This document shows, piece by piece, positions 7,877 through 17,235 of a DNA stretch of 64,000 nucleotides. The translations under genes and the position numbers were made by a program. Source of the stretch: Holophagales bacterium (GTDB taxonomy: Bacteria; Acidobacteriota; Thermoanaerobaculia; Multivoradales; UBA5704); assembly GCA_031404815.1 (NCBI GenBank), contig JANNIH010000154.1:2091-66090 (forward strand), written 5' to 3'. The notes under the pieces are model-generated. The model ran no database searches, had not been told where the DNA came from, and worked only from the letters and a program-made list of their open reading frames with translations. Positions within the stretch are counted from its first letter, which is position 1; every line of letters begins with the position of its first letter.

Positions 7877-8662
7877 TTGACGATTCGAAGCGACATGACA
7901 GCCGCCGCAGGGGCGGCTTCCCTCGTGGCGATCACCTTGTTGTTGCTTTTCGCCTTCGCCGGCAAGTCGAGCGCAGACGGTTCCAGGCCGATTCCTGGCA
8001 AGGGCCTGCGCGTCTTGTTCATCGGCAACAGCCTGACCTACGCCAACGATCTGCCCCAAATGGTGCAAGCGATCGCGAAGGCCGGCGGCGACAATCTTTA
8101 CGTGGAGTCCTTCACCAGCGGCGGAGCGAGCCTCGAAGATCTCTGGCGCGCAGGTAAGGCTCAGAAGGCGATCTCAAAGACGAGGTGGGATGTCGTCGTT
8201 CTACAGCAAGGGCCGACCTCTCTGCCCGAAAGCCGAGTCCTGCTGCGAAAGTACACGAAGGAGTTCAACCGGTTGATCCGCAAGGCCGGCGGCCGGGCCG
8301 CGCTCTACATGGTCTGGCCCGGTCTTGCTCGGGACGCCTTTTTCGACGATGTTCGCGAGTCGTACTCCATCGCCGCCGCCGACGTTGACGGAATCTTTCT
8401 TCCTGCTGGCGAGGCCTTCCGCGCCGCCTGGCGACGCGACCCGAGAGCCCCCCTCTACTCCTCCGACAACTTCCACCCCTCCAAAGCCGGCTCCTATGCT
8501 GCAGCGATGTCGATCTATGGCGTCCTCTATGACCGGCCGCTCCACGGGCTCCCTTCCCGCTTGAAGCTCGTTGGTGGACGGGTCATCGACATACCTTCCC
8601 CTCTCGCCAAGTTGCTCCAGGAGGCGGCGACCGAGGCGAACAAAACTTACGGCAGACCCTGA
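7877..8662 (+). CDS. Secreted SGNH/GDSL-like hydrolase family protein
   Basis: Signal-like N-terminus and LRVLFIGNSLTYANDLP (GNS motif). 261 aa. Start may be a downstream Met. Confidence 0.6.
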   Translation: MTIRSDMTAAAGAASLVAITLLLLFAFAGKSSADGSRPIPGKGLRVLFIGNSLTYANDLPQMVQAIAKAGGDNLYVESFTSGGASLEDLWRAGKAQKAISKTRWDVVVLQQGPTSLPESRVLLRKYTKEFNRLIRKAGGRAALYMVWPGLARDAFFDDVRESYSIAAADVDGIFLPAGEAFRAAWRRDPRAPLYSSDNFHPSKAGSYAAAMSIYGVLYDRPLHGLPSRLKLVGGRVIDIPSPLAKLLQEAATEANKTYGRP

Positions 8663-8705
8663 GGGGGCGAGGGGTACAACTAGTTGTTTATTCAGGAAGA
8701 AGAAG

Positions 8706-8782
8706 TGGTGCAGCCAGGAGGAGTCGAACCCCCAACCTACAGATCCGTAGTCTGTCGCTCTATCCAGTTGAGCTATGGCTGC
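8706..8782 (-). tRNA. tRNA-Arg (anticodon ACG), CCA encoded
   Basis: Reverse complement GCAGCCATAGCTCAACTGGATAGAGCGACAGACTACGGATCTGTAGGTTGGGGGTTCGACTCCTCCTGGCTGCACCA folds as a cloverleaf. Anticodon loop is CTACGGA. Confidence 0.85.
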
Positions 8783-8872
8783 ATGGGCATGGCCACTGCA
8801 GGGGCGGAAGGATAGACGAAAACCGCCCCGGGCGGCAAGGCCCTGTCGCGGCGAAGGGGGGCGAAGGCGGTT

Positions 8873-9682
8873 CTACTCGATCAGCCCTTCGAGGGGGGAC
8901 GAGGCGTTGGCGTAGAGCTTCCGGGGAATCCGGCCGGCGTTGGCCGCGAGCCAGCCGGCTTCGACACCTAGTTTCATCGCGAGCGCCATGCGGATGGGGT
9001 CTTGCGCCTCGGCGACCGCCGTGTTCATCAAGACGCCGTCCGCCCCGAGCTCCATCGCGAGGGCCGCGTCGCTCGCGGTGCCTACCCCTGCGTCGACGAT
9101 CACAGGAATGTTCGCCTGCTCGACGATGATCTTCAAATTCGCCCTATTGCGGATACCCATCCCGGAGCCGATCGGTGCGCCGAGCGGCATCACGGCGGCG
9201 GCGCCCAGCTCTTCGAGGCGGCGGCAGACGACCGGATCGTCGTTCGTGTAGGGAAGGACGACGAACCCTTCGGCGACCAAGATCTCGGTCGCCTTGAGCA
9301 GCTCGACGGTATCCGGAAAGAGGGTCAACTTGTCCCCGATCACCTCGAGCTTCACCCAGTTCCAGCCGCCGAGCTCTCGAGCCAGGCGCGCCGTGCGCAC
9401 CGCTTCGTCGGCCGTGTAGCAGCCGGCGGTGTTGGGCAGCAGGAGATAGCGCTCCGGATCGATGAAGTCGATCAGCGAGCCCTTGCCCAGCGCATCCAGA
9501 TTGACGCGCCGAAGCGCGACGGTGACCACCTCGGTACCCGAAGCCTCGAGCGCCGCAACCATTGACTGGAAGCTCGGGTATTTTCCGGTTCCGAGGATCA
9601 GCCGCGAGCGGAAGGTCCGGTCGGCGATCGTGAGTGGCGCGATTTCAGAACGGGGAGCTGGTGGCAAAGTCGTCGTTTCCAT
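8873..9682 (-). CDS. thiG: Thiazole synthase
   Basis: Strong ThiG similarity (…RLILGTGKY…VALRRVNL…PNTAGC…[15 protein letters not shown]). ATG at 9682 with a GGAGG RBS. Confidence 0.85.
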   Translation of the reverse strand: METTTLPPAPRSEIAPLTIADRTFRSRLILGTGKYPSFQSMVAALEASGTEVVTVALRRVNLDALGKGSLIDFIDPERYLLLPNTAGCYTADEAVRTARLARELGGWNWVKLEVIGDKLTLFPDTVELLKATEILVAEGFVVLPYTNDDPVVCRRLEELGAAAVMPLGAPIGSGMGIRNRANLKIIVEQANIPVIVDAGVGTASDAALAMELGADGVLMNTAVAEAQDPIRMALAMKLGVEAGWLAANAGRIPRKLYANASSPLEGLIE

Positions 9683-9702
9683 ACATCCTCCAGGGACGGC
9701 GA

Positions 9703-10104
9703 TCAAAATGCCGCCGCCAGGATTTCGACCGGTCCGGGGATTTCGGTTTCCTGCGCCGCGAGGTTCCGGTTCTTCTCGTCGACAAACACGAGCTTGGGAT
9801 GGTGATCCCGCAGCTCCTCGGCCTCGTATTCGGCGAACGTCGCGAGGATCACCAGGTCCCCTGCCGTCGCTTTATGGGCCGCGGCGCCGTTGATGCAGAT
9901 CTCCCCTTTGCCCGGCTTGCCGGGGATCGCATAGGTCGCGAAGCGCTCGCCGTTGGTGACGTTGTAGATCTCGATCCGTTCGTGTTCGAGGATGTCGGCT
10001 GCTTCGAGCAGCAGCGGATCGATCGTCACCGAACCCTGATAGTGGAGATTCGCATCGGTCACCGTCGCCCGGTGGATCTTCGACTTGAGCATCGTGCGCT
10101 TCAT
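9703..10104 (-). CDS. panD: Aspartate 1-decarboxylase
   Basis: [29 protein letters not shown]... matches the PanD N-terminus including the Gly-Ser processing site. Confidence 0.85.
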   Translation of the reverse strand: MKRTMLKSKIHRATVTDANLHYQGSVTIDPLLLEAADILEHERIEIYNVTNGERFATYAIPGKPGKGEICINGAAAHKATAGDLVILATFAEYEAEELRDHHPKLVFVDEKNRNLAAQETEIPGPVEILAAAF

Positions 10105-10117
10105 TTCCTTAAGCCCC

Positions 10118-10969
10118 CTAGCTCTCGATCGAGAGGTGGAAGTTATCGATCAATCGGGTGCTGCCCACGCGAACCGCGAGCGGCAGCACAATGTCCCCCG
10201 AGAGGGTTTCGACCGGACGAAACGTCTCGGCGTCGACCACCTCGGCATACTCGAGGGTCACGAGCGGCTCGCTCGCGAGACCAAGGCGGAGAATCCTCCG
10301 CACCTCATCCCCCCGCCGCTCCCCCGCCTCGACGCTCAAGCGCGCCGCGACCAATGAGCGGTAGAGCACGGTCGAAGCGTTTCGCTCCTCAAGGTCGAGG
10401 AAGACGTTGCGCGACGACATCGCGAGCCCGTCCGGTTCGCGCAACGTCTCGCCCGGAACGACCTCCACGGGAAAATGCAGGTCGCGGACCAGCTTGCGAA
10501 TCACCGCCAGCTGCTGTGCGTCTTTGCGACCGAACACCGCAAAATCCGGCCGCACCAGGTTGAACAGCGCAGCCACCACCGTGGCCACGCCGCGAAAATG
10601 CCTGGGGCGGAATTCTCCCTCCAGCCCCTCGGCCGGGCCACCGGGTTCGACGAACACGGTGTGCCCTTCCGGGTAGATCGTTTGGACATCCGGCAAGAAC
10701 AGGAGATCGCAGCCCGCAGCTTCCAGCATCTCGGCATCGCGCTCGGGTTGTCTCGGGTACCGCGACAGATCCTCGGCTCGATTGAACTGGGTCGGGTTGA
10801 CGAACACCGAGGCGACCACCCGATCCGCCCGTTCGCGGGCTGCGCGGACGAGCGAAAGGTGCCCTTCGTGGAGCGCGCCCATGGTCGGCACGAAGCCGAC
10901 CGTCCGGCCGCGCACACCCCAGAGCGCCAACTCCTGACGGAGCGCCGCCTCGTCGCGTATCTGCAGCAT
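10118..10969 (-). CDS. panC: Pantoate--beta-alanine ligase
   Basis: [16 protein letters not shown]…FVNPTQF motifs. Confidence 0.9.
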   Translation of the reverse strand: MLQIRDEAALRQELALWGVRGRTVGFVPTMGALHEGHLSLVRAARERADRVVASVFVNPTQFNRAEDLSRYPRQPERDAEMLEAAGCDLLFLPDVQTIYPEGHTVFVEPGGPAEGLEGEFRPRHFRGVATVVAALFNLVRPDFAVFGRKDAQQLAVIRKLVRDLHFPVEVVPGETLREPDGLAMSSRNVFLDLEERNASTVLYRSLVAARLSVEAGERRGDEVRRILRLGLASEPLVTLEYAEVVDAETFRPVETLSGDIVLPLAVRVGSTRLIDNFHLSIES

Positions 10970-10999
10970 CTTTCCCTTAGGTCCTCTCGTGGTCCGGAT

Positions 11000-11839
11000 C
11001 TAGCCGTAGATCTTGCGCAGTTCGGGTTTCGGTTCGAGCGAACCGTAGCTTTCTTCCGGCAGCGGAAAGCGCCCCGTGCGCACGTCGTCGGCGAAGCGCG
11101 CGATCGCTTCGCGCGAAGCGAGCCCGAGCTCGGCGTAACGCCGCACAAAGCGGGGCGCGATCCGCTCTTCGAGGCCGAGCAGGTCGTGGTAAACGAGCAC
11201 TTGACCATCACAATTGGCGCCGGCGCCGATGCCGATCGTGGGGATGGTCAACCGCTCCGAGATCTCCGCTCCGAGGTCGCTCGGAACGCATTCGAGAACC
11301 AGCGAGAACGCACCGGCCTCTTCGAGCTCGAGCGCCGCGTCGACCATTTTCCGTGCCGCGTCTTCGCTCCGCCCCTGGACCTTGTATCCGCCGAGGCGGT
11401 GGAGCGACTGGGGGGTGAGCCCAAGGTGCGCCATCACCGGCACTTCGGCGGAAACGAGCGCGCGGACTACGTCGGGTCGCCCGCCTTCGATCTTGACCGC
11501 CTGCGCCCCCGCCTCTTTGACGAACCTGACGCCCGAAGCGACCGCCTGATCGGGCCCAAGGTGGAACGAGCCATACGGCATATCGGCGACCAAGAGGGCG
11601 CGCTCGACACCCCGGCGCACGGCGCGGGTGTGGTGGATCATTTCGTCCATCGTGACCGACAGGGTGTCCGGATGGCCGAGCACGACCATCGCAAGCGAAT
11701 CGCCGACCAGGATCAGATCGGCGCCGGCTGCATCTGCCGTCTTCCCCTGGGGGAAGTCGTAGGCGGTGACCATGACCAACCGGTCGCCGCGGGAGGGAGC
11801 TTCGACGATCGAGGGAACCGTGATGCGCTTCGTAGCCAT
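11000..11839 (-). CDS. panB: 3-methyl-2-oxobutanoate hydroxymethyltransferase
   Basis: MATKRITVP…LVMVTAYDF…LVGDSLAMVVLGH. ATG at 11839. Confidence 0.9.
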   Translation of the reverse strand: MATKRITVPSIVEAPSRGDRLVMVTAYDFPQGKTADAAGADLILVGDSLAMVVLGHPDTLSVTMDEMIHHTRAVRRGVERALLVADMPYGSFHLGPDQAVASGVRFVKEAGAQAVKIEGGRPDVVRALVSAEVPVMAHLGLTPQSLHRLGGYKVQGRSEDAARKMVDAALELEEAGAFSLVLECVPSDLGAEISERLTIPTIGIGAGANCDGQVLVYHDLLGLEERIAPRFVRRYAELGLASREAIARFADDVRTGRFPLPEESYGSLEPKPELRKIYG

Positions 11840-12226
11840 TCGTTCGCGCTCCGATATCTCGCCCGGGGTGTCTTTAAATCTCAAGAAGACGCCCCGAAAA
11901 GCGAAAAGCCCTTCACGCCGAGGAGGCGGAAGGGCCGGCAAGCGCAGAGATATACCCGTTGGAATCGAGGCGTTGCGCGTTGGCCGCCGCTTAGGTCGAG
12001 GTGTCGGTCCCCCGAAACATTTCGGGACAACGGATCCGGCCCTCTCGCCGCGACCGTCACGCCCTCGTCGGGGCGCTTTCGGTTCTTTCCGTCTCGGTCC
12101 CGGCGGCCGGTGTCCCTCACAATTGGGGACTTAAAAGGCCGCTCACAGGATCCCAGCGGTTGCCAGACCCCTTTCGGGCTCCGACGGGACAGATCATATG
12201 CGGGTCGGTCGGCTAATTCAAATCGC

Positions 12227-12877
12227 TCAGCGCGAGCCCATCGGCACGAAGTACTCGGTCCCCTTGATCGGCCGGGAGAGCCGGTGGAGCAGCTCGGTGA
12301 AATCCTCCGGCCGGTCGGGGAAGTTGAGATACCGGGTATCGACCACCAGAAGCGGCGACCGCTCGTAGTAGTGGTAGTAGTGGTTGTAGGCGTCGATCAG
12401 CTCGGCCTCGTAGTCGCGCGCCAGGGTCTTTTCGACCGCCCGCGCCCGCCGCTTGATCCGGTCCATGCAGGTGTCCACGTCGGCCACGAGATAGAGGATC
12501 AGGTCGGGCTTCGGGATCTGCGGTTCGAGCAGGGCGTAGAGCTTGTCGAACAGCATCAGTTCGTCGTCGGACAGGTTCAGGTAGGCGAAGATCCGGTTCT
12601 TTTGGAACGTGTAGTCCGAAACCACCATCCGCTCGAACAGCTCGCGCTGGGCGATCCCCTGTTGCTGCTTGAACCGTGAGAGCAGAAAGTAGAGTTCGGT
12701 CTGAAACGCAGCGCCCGGTCGGTCTTGGTAAAAGTCGCCGAGGAACGGATTGTTCACGTCTTCGAGGACTTTGACCCCCTCGAAGTGGCGCGTGAGCATC
12801 TCAACCAGGGTGGTTTTGCCCACCCCGATCGGTCCGTCGACCGCGATGTAGTGATACGGAAGGCTCGGTCCGCTCAA
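12227..12877 (-). CDS. Deoxynucleoside kinase (dNK/dCK/dGK family)
   Basis: P-loop IAVDGPIGVGKTT plus family motifs. Confidence 0.8.
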   Translation of the reverse strand: MSGPSLPYHYIAVDGPIGVGKTTLVEMLTRHFEGVKVLEDVNNPFLGDFYQDRPGAAFQTELYFLLSRFKQQQGIAQRELFERMVVSDYTFQKNRIFAYLNLSDDELMLFDKLYALLEPQIPKPDLILYLVADVDTCMDRIKRRARAVEKTLARDYEAELIDAYNHYYHYYERSPLLVVDTRYLNFPDRPEDFTELLHRLSRPIKGTEYFVPMGSR

Positions 12878-12883
12878 GGCTTT

Positions 12884-14062
12884 TTAGGCGCCGGTCGCGA
12901 GCGCCGCGGCGGCCGCAAGCTCTGCGGTCCCCATGAGGGCCGGAGAAACCGGGGCGGCGATCGGGTTGTACAAGGTGTCGCGCTCGATCGGCTCGAACCC
13001 GACCAGGCGGACGATCCGCTCGAGTTCGGCGCGGGTCATCTGCTGCGGCGTGCCGGCTCCGGCCATGTGATAGATGGTTTCCTCGACCACCGTGCCGTCG
13101 AGGTCGTCGGCCCCGAAGCGGAGCGCCACCTGGGCGAGCTTCGGCGAGATCATGATCCAGTAGGCCTTGATGTGCGGAATATTGTCGAGCACCAGGCGCG
13201 ACGCCGCGATGTGGCGCAGGTCGTCGGTTCCGGTCGTGTGGTACTTCAACCCCATGTAGTTGTTCTCGGGGTGATAGGCCAGCGGAATGAACGCGTTGAA
13301 ACCGCCCGACTCGTCCTGGAGATCGCGCAGGCGCATGAAGTGATCGACCTTGTGGATCGGCTTTTCGACGTGGCCGTAGAGCATGGTGCAGTTGCTCTTG
13401 ATCCCCATCCGGTGGGCGATGCGGTGGACCTCGATCCACTCGTCCGCGTCGAGCTTGCCGTCGCAAATGATCTCGCGCACTTCAGAATGGAAGATCTCGG
13501 CGCCGCCGCCGGGGAGCGACCCGAGCCCCGCGTCGCGCATCTGGTGCAAAACTTCCTCGATCGACAACTTCTCCCGCTTGGCGAACCAGCCGATCTCGAT
13601 CGCGGTGAACGCCTTCAAGTGAGCGTTCGGGAAGCGCTCGCGCAAGCCCCGGAGCATGACCAGGTACCACTCGAGCGAGAGATCCGGGTGCAGCCCACCG
13701 ACGATGTGGAACTCGGTCGCCCGCTGCCCGCCCTGTTCGGCAGCGTGCTTGTAGACATCCTCGTGGCTCATCTCCCAGGCGTGGGCCTCGCCCTTGAGCG
13801 CCGCGAAGCTGCAGAACTTACAGTTGTAGGTGTAGACACAGACGTTCGTCGGGTTGATGTGCCGATTGACGTTGAAGTAGGTGACGTTACCGTGCAGCCG
13901 CCGCCGAACCGCATCCGCCAGCCGGCCGAGCGCCACGACGTGGGGGGTGGTCAGGCAGAGGAGGGCGTCGTCTTCATTCAGCCGGACGCCGTCGCGAACC
14001 TTCTCGGCGAGCGGCCGGAGGGCGGAGGGAAGGCGTTCCGGATGGATCTCGGGGGTCTGCAT
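12884..14062 (-). CDS. Radical SAM enzyme, MqnE/MqnC-like (futalosine-pathway menaquinone biosynthesis family)
   Basis: NRHINPTNVCVYTYNCKFCSF radical-SAM cysteine motif and overall MqnE/MqnC-like sequence. Cannot discriminate MqnE from MqnC by eye. Confidence 0.7.
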   Translation of the reverse strand: MQTPEIHPERLPSALRPLAEKVRDGVRLNEDDALLCLTTPHVVALGRLADAVRRRLHGNVTYFNVNRHINPTNVCVYTYNCKFCSFAALKGEAHAWEMSHEDVYKHAAEQGGQRATEFHIVGGLHPDLSLEWYLVMLRGLRERFPNAHLKAFTAIEIGWFAKREKLSIEEVLHQMRDAGLGSLPGGGAEIFHSEVREIICDGKLDADEWIEVHRIAHRMGIKSNCTMLYGHVEKPIHKVDHFMRLRDLQDESGGFNAFIPLAYHPENNYMGLKYHTTGTDDLRHIAASRLVLDNIPHIKAYWIMISPKLAQVALRFGADDLDGTVVEETIYHMAGAGTPQQMTRAELERIVRLVGFEPIERDTLYNPIAAPVSPALMGTAELAAAAALATGA

Positions 14063-14494
14063 TTCGGATTCCTTGGGGCTTCCTCGGAGCTTCTCGAAGC
14101 GGCTCCATCGGGTTCAACCCGGCTGATGGCAGGGCAGTATAGCAGGGGGGAGACGCCCTTCGAGGGGGAAAACAACGCCGGGTTTGCGCCTCATTCCCGG
14201 CCGGACAGACCATCGCTTCGGCCCCCCCTCATCCGAATTCCAACAACCTCCATAGAGACCTTCTGAACCCCGCGACCTTCGCCGACCTGGGCGGAAAGAT
14301 GAGCGAAGCGAAGTTCGGCGACCTGATGAGTCGGGTGAACCCGACGATTCTCTACTCGGATGCCGTGGTGATTCGCGAGCGCCTGGACCTCGGCTACGCG
14401 CCCGAAAGGCCGCGCTTCTCGAAGGAAGAAACCGGCGTGGTGCGCTTCGACTACTACGTGGCCACTGTCAAAATCCCTTCTCGCGCCCCTCGCC

Positions 14495-14511
14495 GTAAGA
14501 TGCTATCTTAC
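14495..14511. promoter_or_regulatory. Inverted repeat GTAAGAT-GCT-ATCTTAC, putative operator of the second vapBC
   Basis: Seen directly 6 bp upstream of the ATG at 14517. Confidence 0.45.
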
Positions 14512-14516
14512 TCTGT

Positions 14517-14744
14517 ATGAAAACCGCCGTCTCCACCAAGGGGCAGATCGTTCTACCTGCTGAGATCCGTCGGCAGGACCGAATCGAAGCCGGCGACGAG
14601 TTCGAAGTCGAGCGCGTCGACCGGGGAGAGTACCGGCTTCGGCTGGTTCCACCTCGGAATGAGGGTCTCTTGGACTGGCTGCTCGGCTGTCCTGAGAAGG
14701 GGTACTTCGTCCCCCTCGGGTCCGAGTCCACGGACACGTTGTGA
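14517..14744 (+). CDS. vapB: AbrB/SpoVT-type antitoxin (VapB/MazE-like)
   Basis: MKTAVSTKGQIVLPAEIRRQDRIEAGDEFEVERVDRGEYRLRLVP swapped-hairpin motif. 4-nt overlap with the next gene. Confidence 0.75.
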   Translation: MKTAVSTKGQIVLPAEIRRQDRIEAGDEFEVERVDRGEYRLRLVPPRNEGLLDWLLGCPEKGYFVPLGSESTDTL

Positions 14745-15019
14745 CCATCCTGGTCGATGCCAACGTCCTGAGTGAAGCAACCCGCCCGGAGCCTCAACCG
14801 GAAGTCCTGGCGTGGTTGGCGCAGCATGAACGGGAGATCGTCGTCGATCCCGTCATCCTCGGTGAGATCCGCTTCGGAATCCTCTTGCTCCCCGGCGGCA
14901 GGCGACGCCAGCGCCTGGAGCGCTGGTTCGAGGAAGGGTTCGGCCTCCCCCTCGCAACACGCAACCGGCGCGATTTTGAGCAAGCCGAGATCCAGGTCAT
15001 CGACCCGTTTGCCAGATAG
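14741..15019 (+). CDS. vapC: PIN-domain VapC-like toxin, internally shortened (92 aa). Possibly inactive or a pseudogene.
   Basis: N-terminal MTILVDANVLSE and C-terminal ATRNRRDFE…IQVIDPF PIN segments are present. About 40-50 central residues are missing relative to typical 130-aa VapC. Confidence 0.55.
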   Translation: MTILVDANVLSEATRPEPQPEVLAWLAQHEREIVVDPVILGEIRFGILLLPGGRRRQRLERWFEEGFGLPLATRNRRDFEQAEIQVIDPFAR

Positions 15020-15125
15020 CACCGTCTTCCCCCCCCGGGAGGCGCAAAACAAATCACCGGCGAAGGAATTCGGCCATCTCTGCATCCAAACAGGGGCAGG
15101 CAAACCCCCAACGGAGGAAGAGACC

Positions 15126-15824
15126 ATGAAGACCCCACGCCCCTTACCCCTACTTCTCGCAACCGTCGCCGCTCTGATCTCGGCGGGTGGCGCCCAAGGC
15201 GTTGAGATCCCGTTTAAAGAAGCCAGGATCTACATCGAATTCAACCAGACGGCCAACGATCTCGGCTATCACGTCTCGCTCGATGCGGAGAACTGGAAGC
15301 GGTTGAAGATCGTCAACCCGAACGAGGTCAAGGTCTTCGAGGTGATCGGCTTCGCCGCCTACCGACAGCTGGGCATGACCGAGCTGTTCTTTGAAGGGGC
15401 CGAGCCGAACCTGGACGAGTTCCCGCTCGACGAGCTGCTCGGCCTCTTCCCAGAGGGGGTGTACGACTTCGAGGGCCTGACGGTCAACGGCGATGAGCTC
15501 GACAGCGAGGCGATTCTTTCTCACGCCGTACCGAACGGCCCCAGCAATGTCCGGGCGCTCTTGGGCGCCAACAACTCGCTCGTCATCAGTTGGGACGCTG
15601 TGACCACCGTGCCCGAGGGTTTTCCGGACCGGCCGATCAGAATCGTCGGCTATCAGCTGATCGTCAAGCCGTTTCAGGTCACGGTTCCGGCCAACGTCCG
15701 GTCGGTGACGGTCCCCAAAGAGTTCGTGCGTTCCATTCCCCGGGGGGAGGTTCTGTTCGAAGTCCTGGCGATCGAAGCGAGCGGCAACCAGTCAATCACC
15801 GAGAGCTCCTTCGTGAAGCCGTGA
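15126..15824 (+). CDS. Secreted hypothetical protein (signal peptide, Fn3-like C-terminal region?)
   Basis: ATG at 15126 with a GGAGGAAGAG RBS. MKTPRPLPLLLATVAALISAGGAQG signal. 232 aa. Confidence 0.6.
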   Translation: MKTPRPLPLLLATVAALISAGGAQGVEIPFKEARIYIEFNQTANDLGYHVSLDAENWKRLKIVNPNEVKVFEVIGFAAYRQLGMTELFFEGAEPNLDEFPLDELLGLFPEGVYDFEGLTVNGDELDSEAILSHAVPNGPSNVRALLGANNSLVISWDAVTTVPEGFPDRPIRIVGYQLIVKPFQVTVPANVRSVTVPKEFVRSIPRGEVLFEVLAIEASGNQSITESSFVKP

Positions 15825-15840
15825 CGCGATCGGTCGCCAT

Positions 15841-15890
15841 GGGCAAGAGGGAGGGATCTTTCGCGCTCCCTCTTGCCCTCTCTGAATCCT
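15841..15890 (+). terminator. 13-bp stem hairpin (GGGCAAGAGGGAG…CTCCCTCTTGCCC) followed by a T-rich tract
   Basis: Seen directly 17 bp after the stop of the 15126-15824 gene. Confidence 0.55.
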
Positions 15891-16079
15891 CTTCGTTCTC
15901 ATCCTCAGCGCTTTTCGCGGCAAGATCGCTGACCCTGGCCGCCGGAGATGGAGACGGGCCTGAGGCGCAACGTAGGCGAACAGGCGGGTGAGGCCGGGGG
16001 CCCTGGAGAAGGAAGCGCCAGCCAGCTGCGGTCTTGCCGCCCGGAGAGGTTTCGTCTATCCTCCCTCCGCGTGCAGTGG

Positions 16080-16156
16080 CCTTGCCCATGCAGCCATAGC
16101 TCAACTGGATAGAGCGACAGACTACGGATCTGTAGGTTGGGGGTTCGACTCCTCCT
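16080..16156 (+). tRNA. tRNA-Arg (anticodon ACG), identical to the copy at 8706-8782 but in opposite orientation
   Basis: Same 77-nt sequence. About 60 bp of upstream sequence is also ~85% identical between the copies. Confidence 0.85.
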
Positions 16157-16239
16157 GGCTGCACCACCACTTACCCCGGTACAAAGGTACAAGCAGGCCA
16201 CCTAGCCTAGCCAGGTGCATTTCGTATCTGGTGGAGCGG

Positions 16240-17235
16240 TCAACCTCCCTTTGGCATCGCGTCAGGATAGGGCCCAAGAAAGCGCTCGCCGTTGAAGTGA
16301 ATCATGTGGTCGGGATCTTCAGCGATCCAGACCTCCGATTCCCAGGCGATCTGCGAAACAAAGGTCTGCATTGTGCGGCGGTTCTCAAAAGCCGTGACAA
16401 ACACCAGGCCGGCCTTACAGCCAGCGAACAAGTCCTTGAGTTCCTTGCGGCGCTTGCCATCCACCGGACCCGCGCTGGTGACGGCCTCGATGATCAGCAA
16501 CCAATTCTTGGCCGCGTAGTGGACGATCACATCGGGGATCTTTGCGGCCGAATCCAGGGTGACCCCTAGCACCGCAAGGCTGGCGGCCTCCAAGTGAACG
16601 AACTTGCTTTCCGTGTCGCCAATGTAAAGGACCACACCTCCCGGAGCGAAAGCCGGGCAGAAGACTTCGATGACCGCTTTGATCAGCGGATTCTGGCCGC
16701 CGGGTGAAAGCGCAACCCTGGAGCCATCGGGCAGGGCGACCGGCACCCGGGCCAAATGACGATTCCTCGTGATCTCATTCTTGGTGCTTTCGCGGCCTGC
16801 AAGATATTCGCGCAAGGCCGGCAACCACTCGGGAGCTCCAAACTTACGGAGTAAAGCGAGGGCGGAAGACTCGATCTGATAGACCGTCTTTCCGCTGTTG
16901 GTGGGACGCTCTGGATCGTCAGGATTACGCAGCAGCAAACTCTCTCCAACAAAGAATTTTACCGCTTCGTCTCGAATGGTTTCGCGCGTGTTCGGTGCGT
17001 ATCGAACGCCGTAAGATTCCGCGATAAAACTGATGACCGGAGTGATGCCACAAAGCGGACTTTCTGCATCTGCCCACGCCTCTTCGGGGGAGAGATCCAG
17101 TAGCGCGAGCAGCGTATAGGCGGCCGCCTCATTCCGCTGCTTCGGCCCGAACTGCAAGCTGGTGAGCACTTCGATGGCTTCGGCCAGTCGCCGTTTCCTG
17201 GCGACAGCGATCCTCTGGGATTTACTGGTTGGCAT
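16240..17235 (-). CDS. Type II restriction endonuclease, BsuBI/PstI family (candidate)
   Basis: 331 aa. 14-nt overlap with the upstream Eco57I/PstI-type MTase. C-terminal region resembles the BsuBI/PstI REase family. Lower GC than flanks. Confidence 0.55.
   Translation of the reverse strand: MPTSKSQRIAVARKRRLAEAIEVLTSLQFGPKQRNEAAAYTLLALLDLSPEEAWADAESPLCGITPVISFIAESYGVRYAPNTRETIRDEAVKFFVGESLLLRNPDDPERPTNSGKTVYQIESSALALLRKFGAPEWLPALREYLAGRESTKNEITRNRHLARVPVALPDGSRVALSPGGQNPLIKAVIEVFCPAFAPGGVVLYIGDTESKFVHLEAASLAVLGVTLDSAAKIPDVIVHYAAKNWLLIIEAVTSAGPVDGKRRKELKDLFAGCKAGLVFVTAFENRRTMQTFVSQIAWESEVWIAEDPDHMIHFNGERFLGPYPDAMPKGG

Noticed and set aside
7216-8028. 270-aa minus-strand ORF spanning the CCGAATTCGG repeat array and overlapping the SGNH hydrolase gene
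   Set aside because: Translation is low-complexity (AEF/EFP repeats that mirror the DNA repeats). No RBS or start context. It overlaps a better gene. Treated as non-coding repeat DNA.
11942-12226. Possible TPP or other riboswitch in the 285-bp gap upstream of panB (operon ending in thiG)
   Set aside because: The reverse-strand sequence lacks the conserved CUGAGA / ACCUGAUCUGGAUAAUGCCAGCG-type thi-box elements. Only a short CCCGAAA-N2-TTTCGGG hairpin was seen. Would need Infernal/Rfam to exclude formally.
10475-14266. Long plus-strand ORFs (10475-12679, 12725-14266) antisense to panB/panC/dNK/radical-SAM genes
   Set aside because: Antisense to strongly supported genes. Arg/Gly/Pro-rich composition. 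No recognisable domains.
14299-14520. 73-aa ORF ending in an ATGA overlap with vapB
   Set aside because: It covers the predicted vapB promoter and operator palindrome. No RBS and no recognisable family. More likely a non-coding regulatory region.
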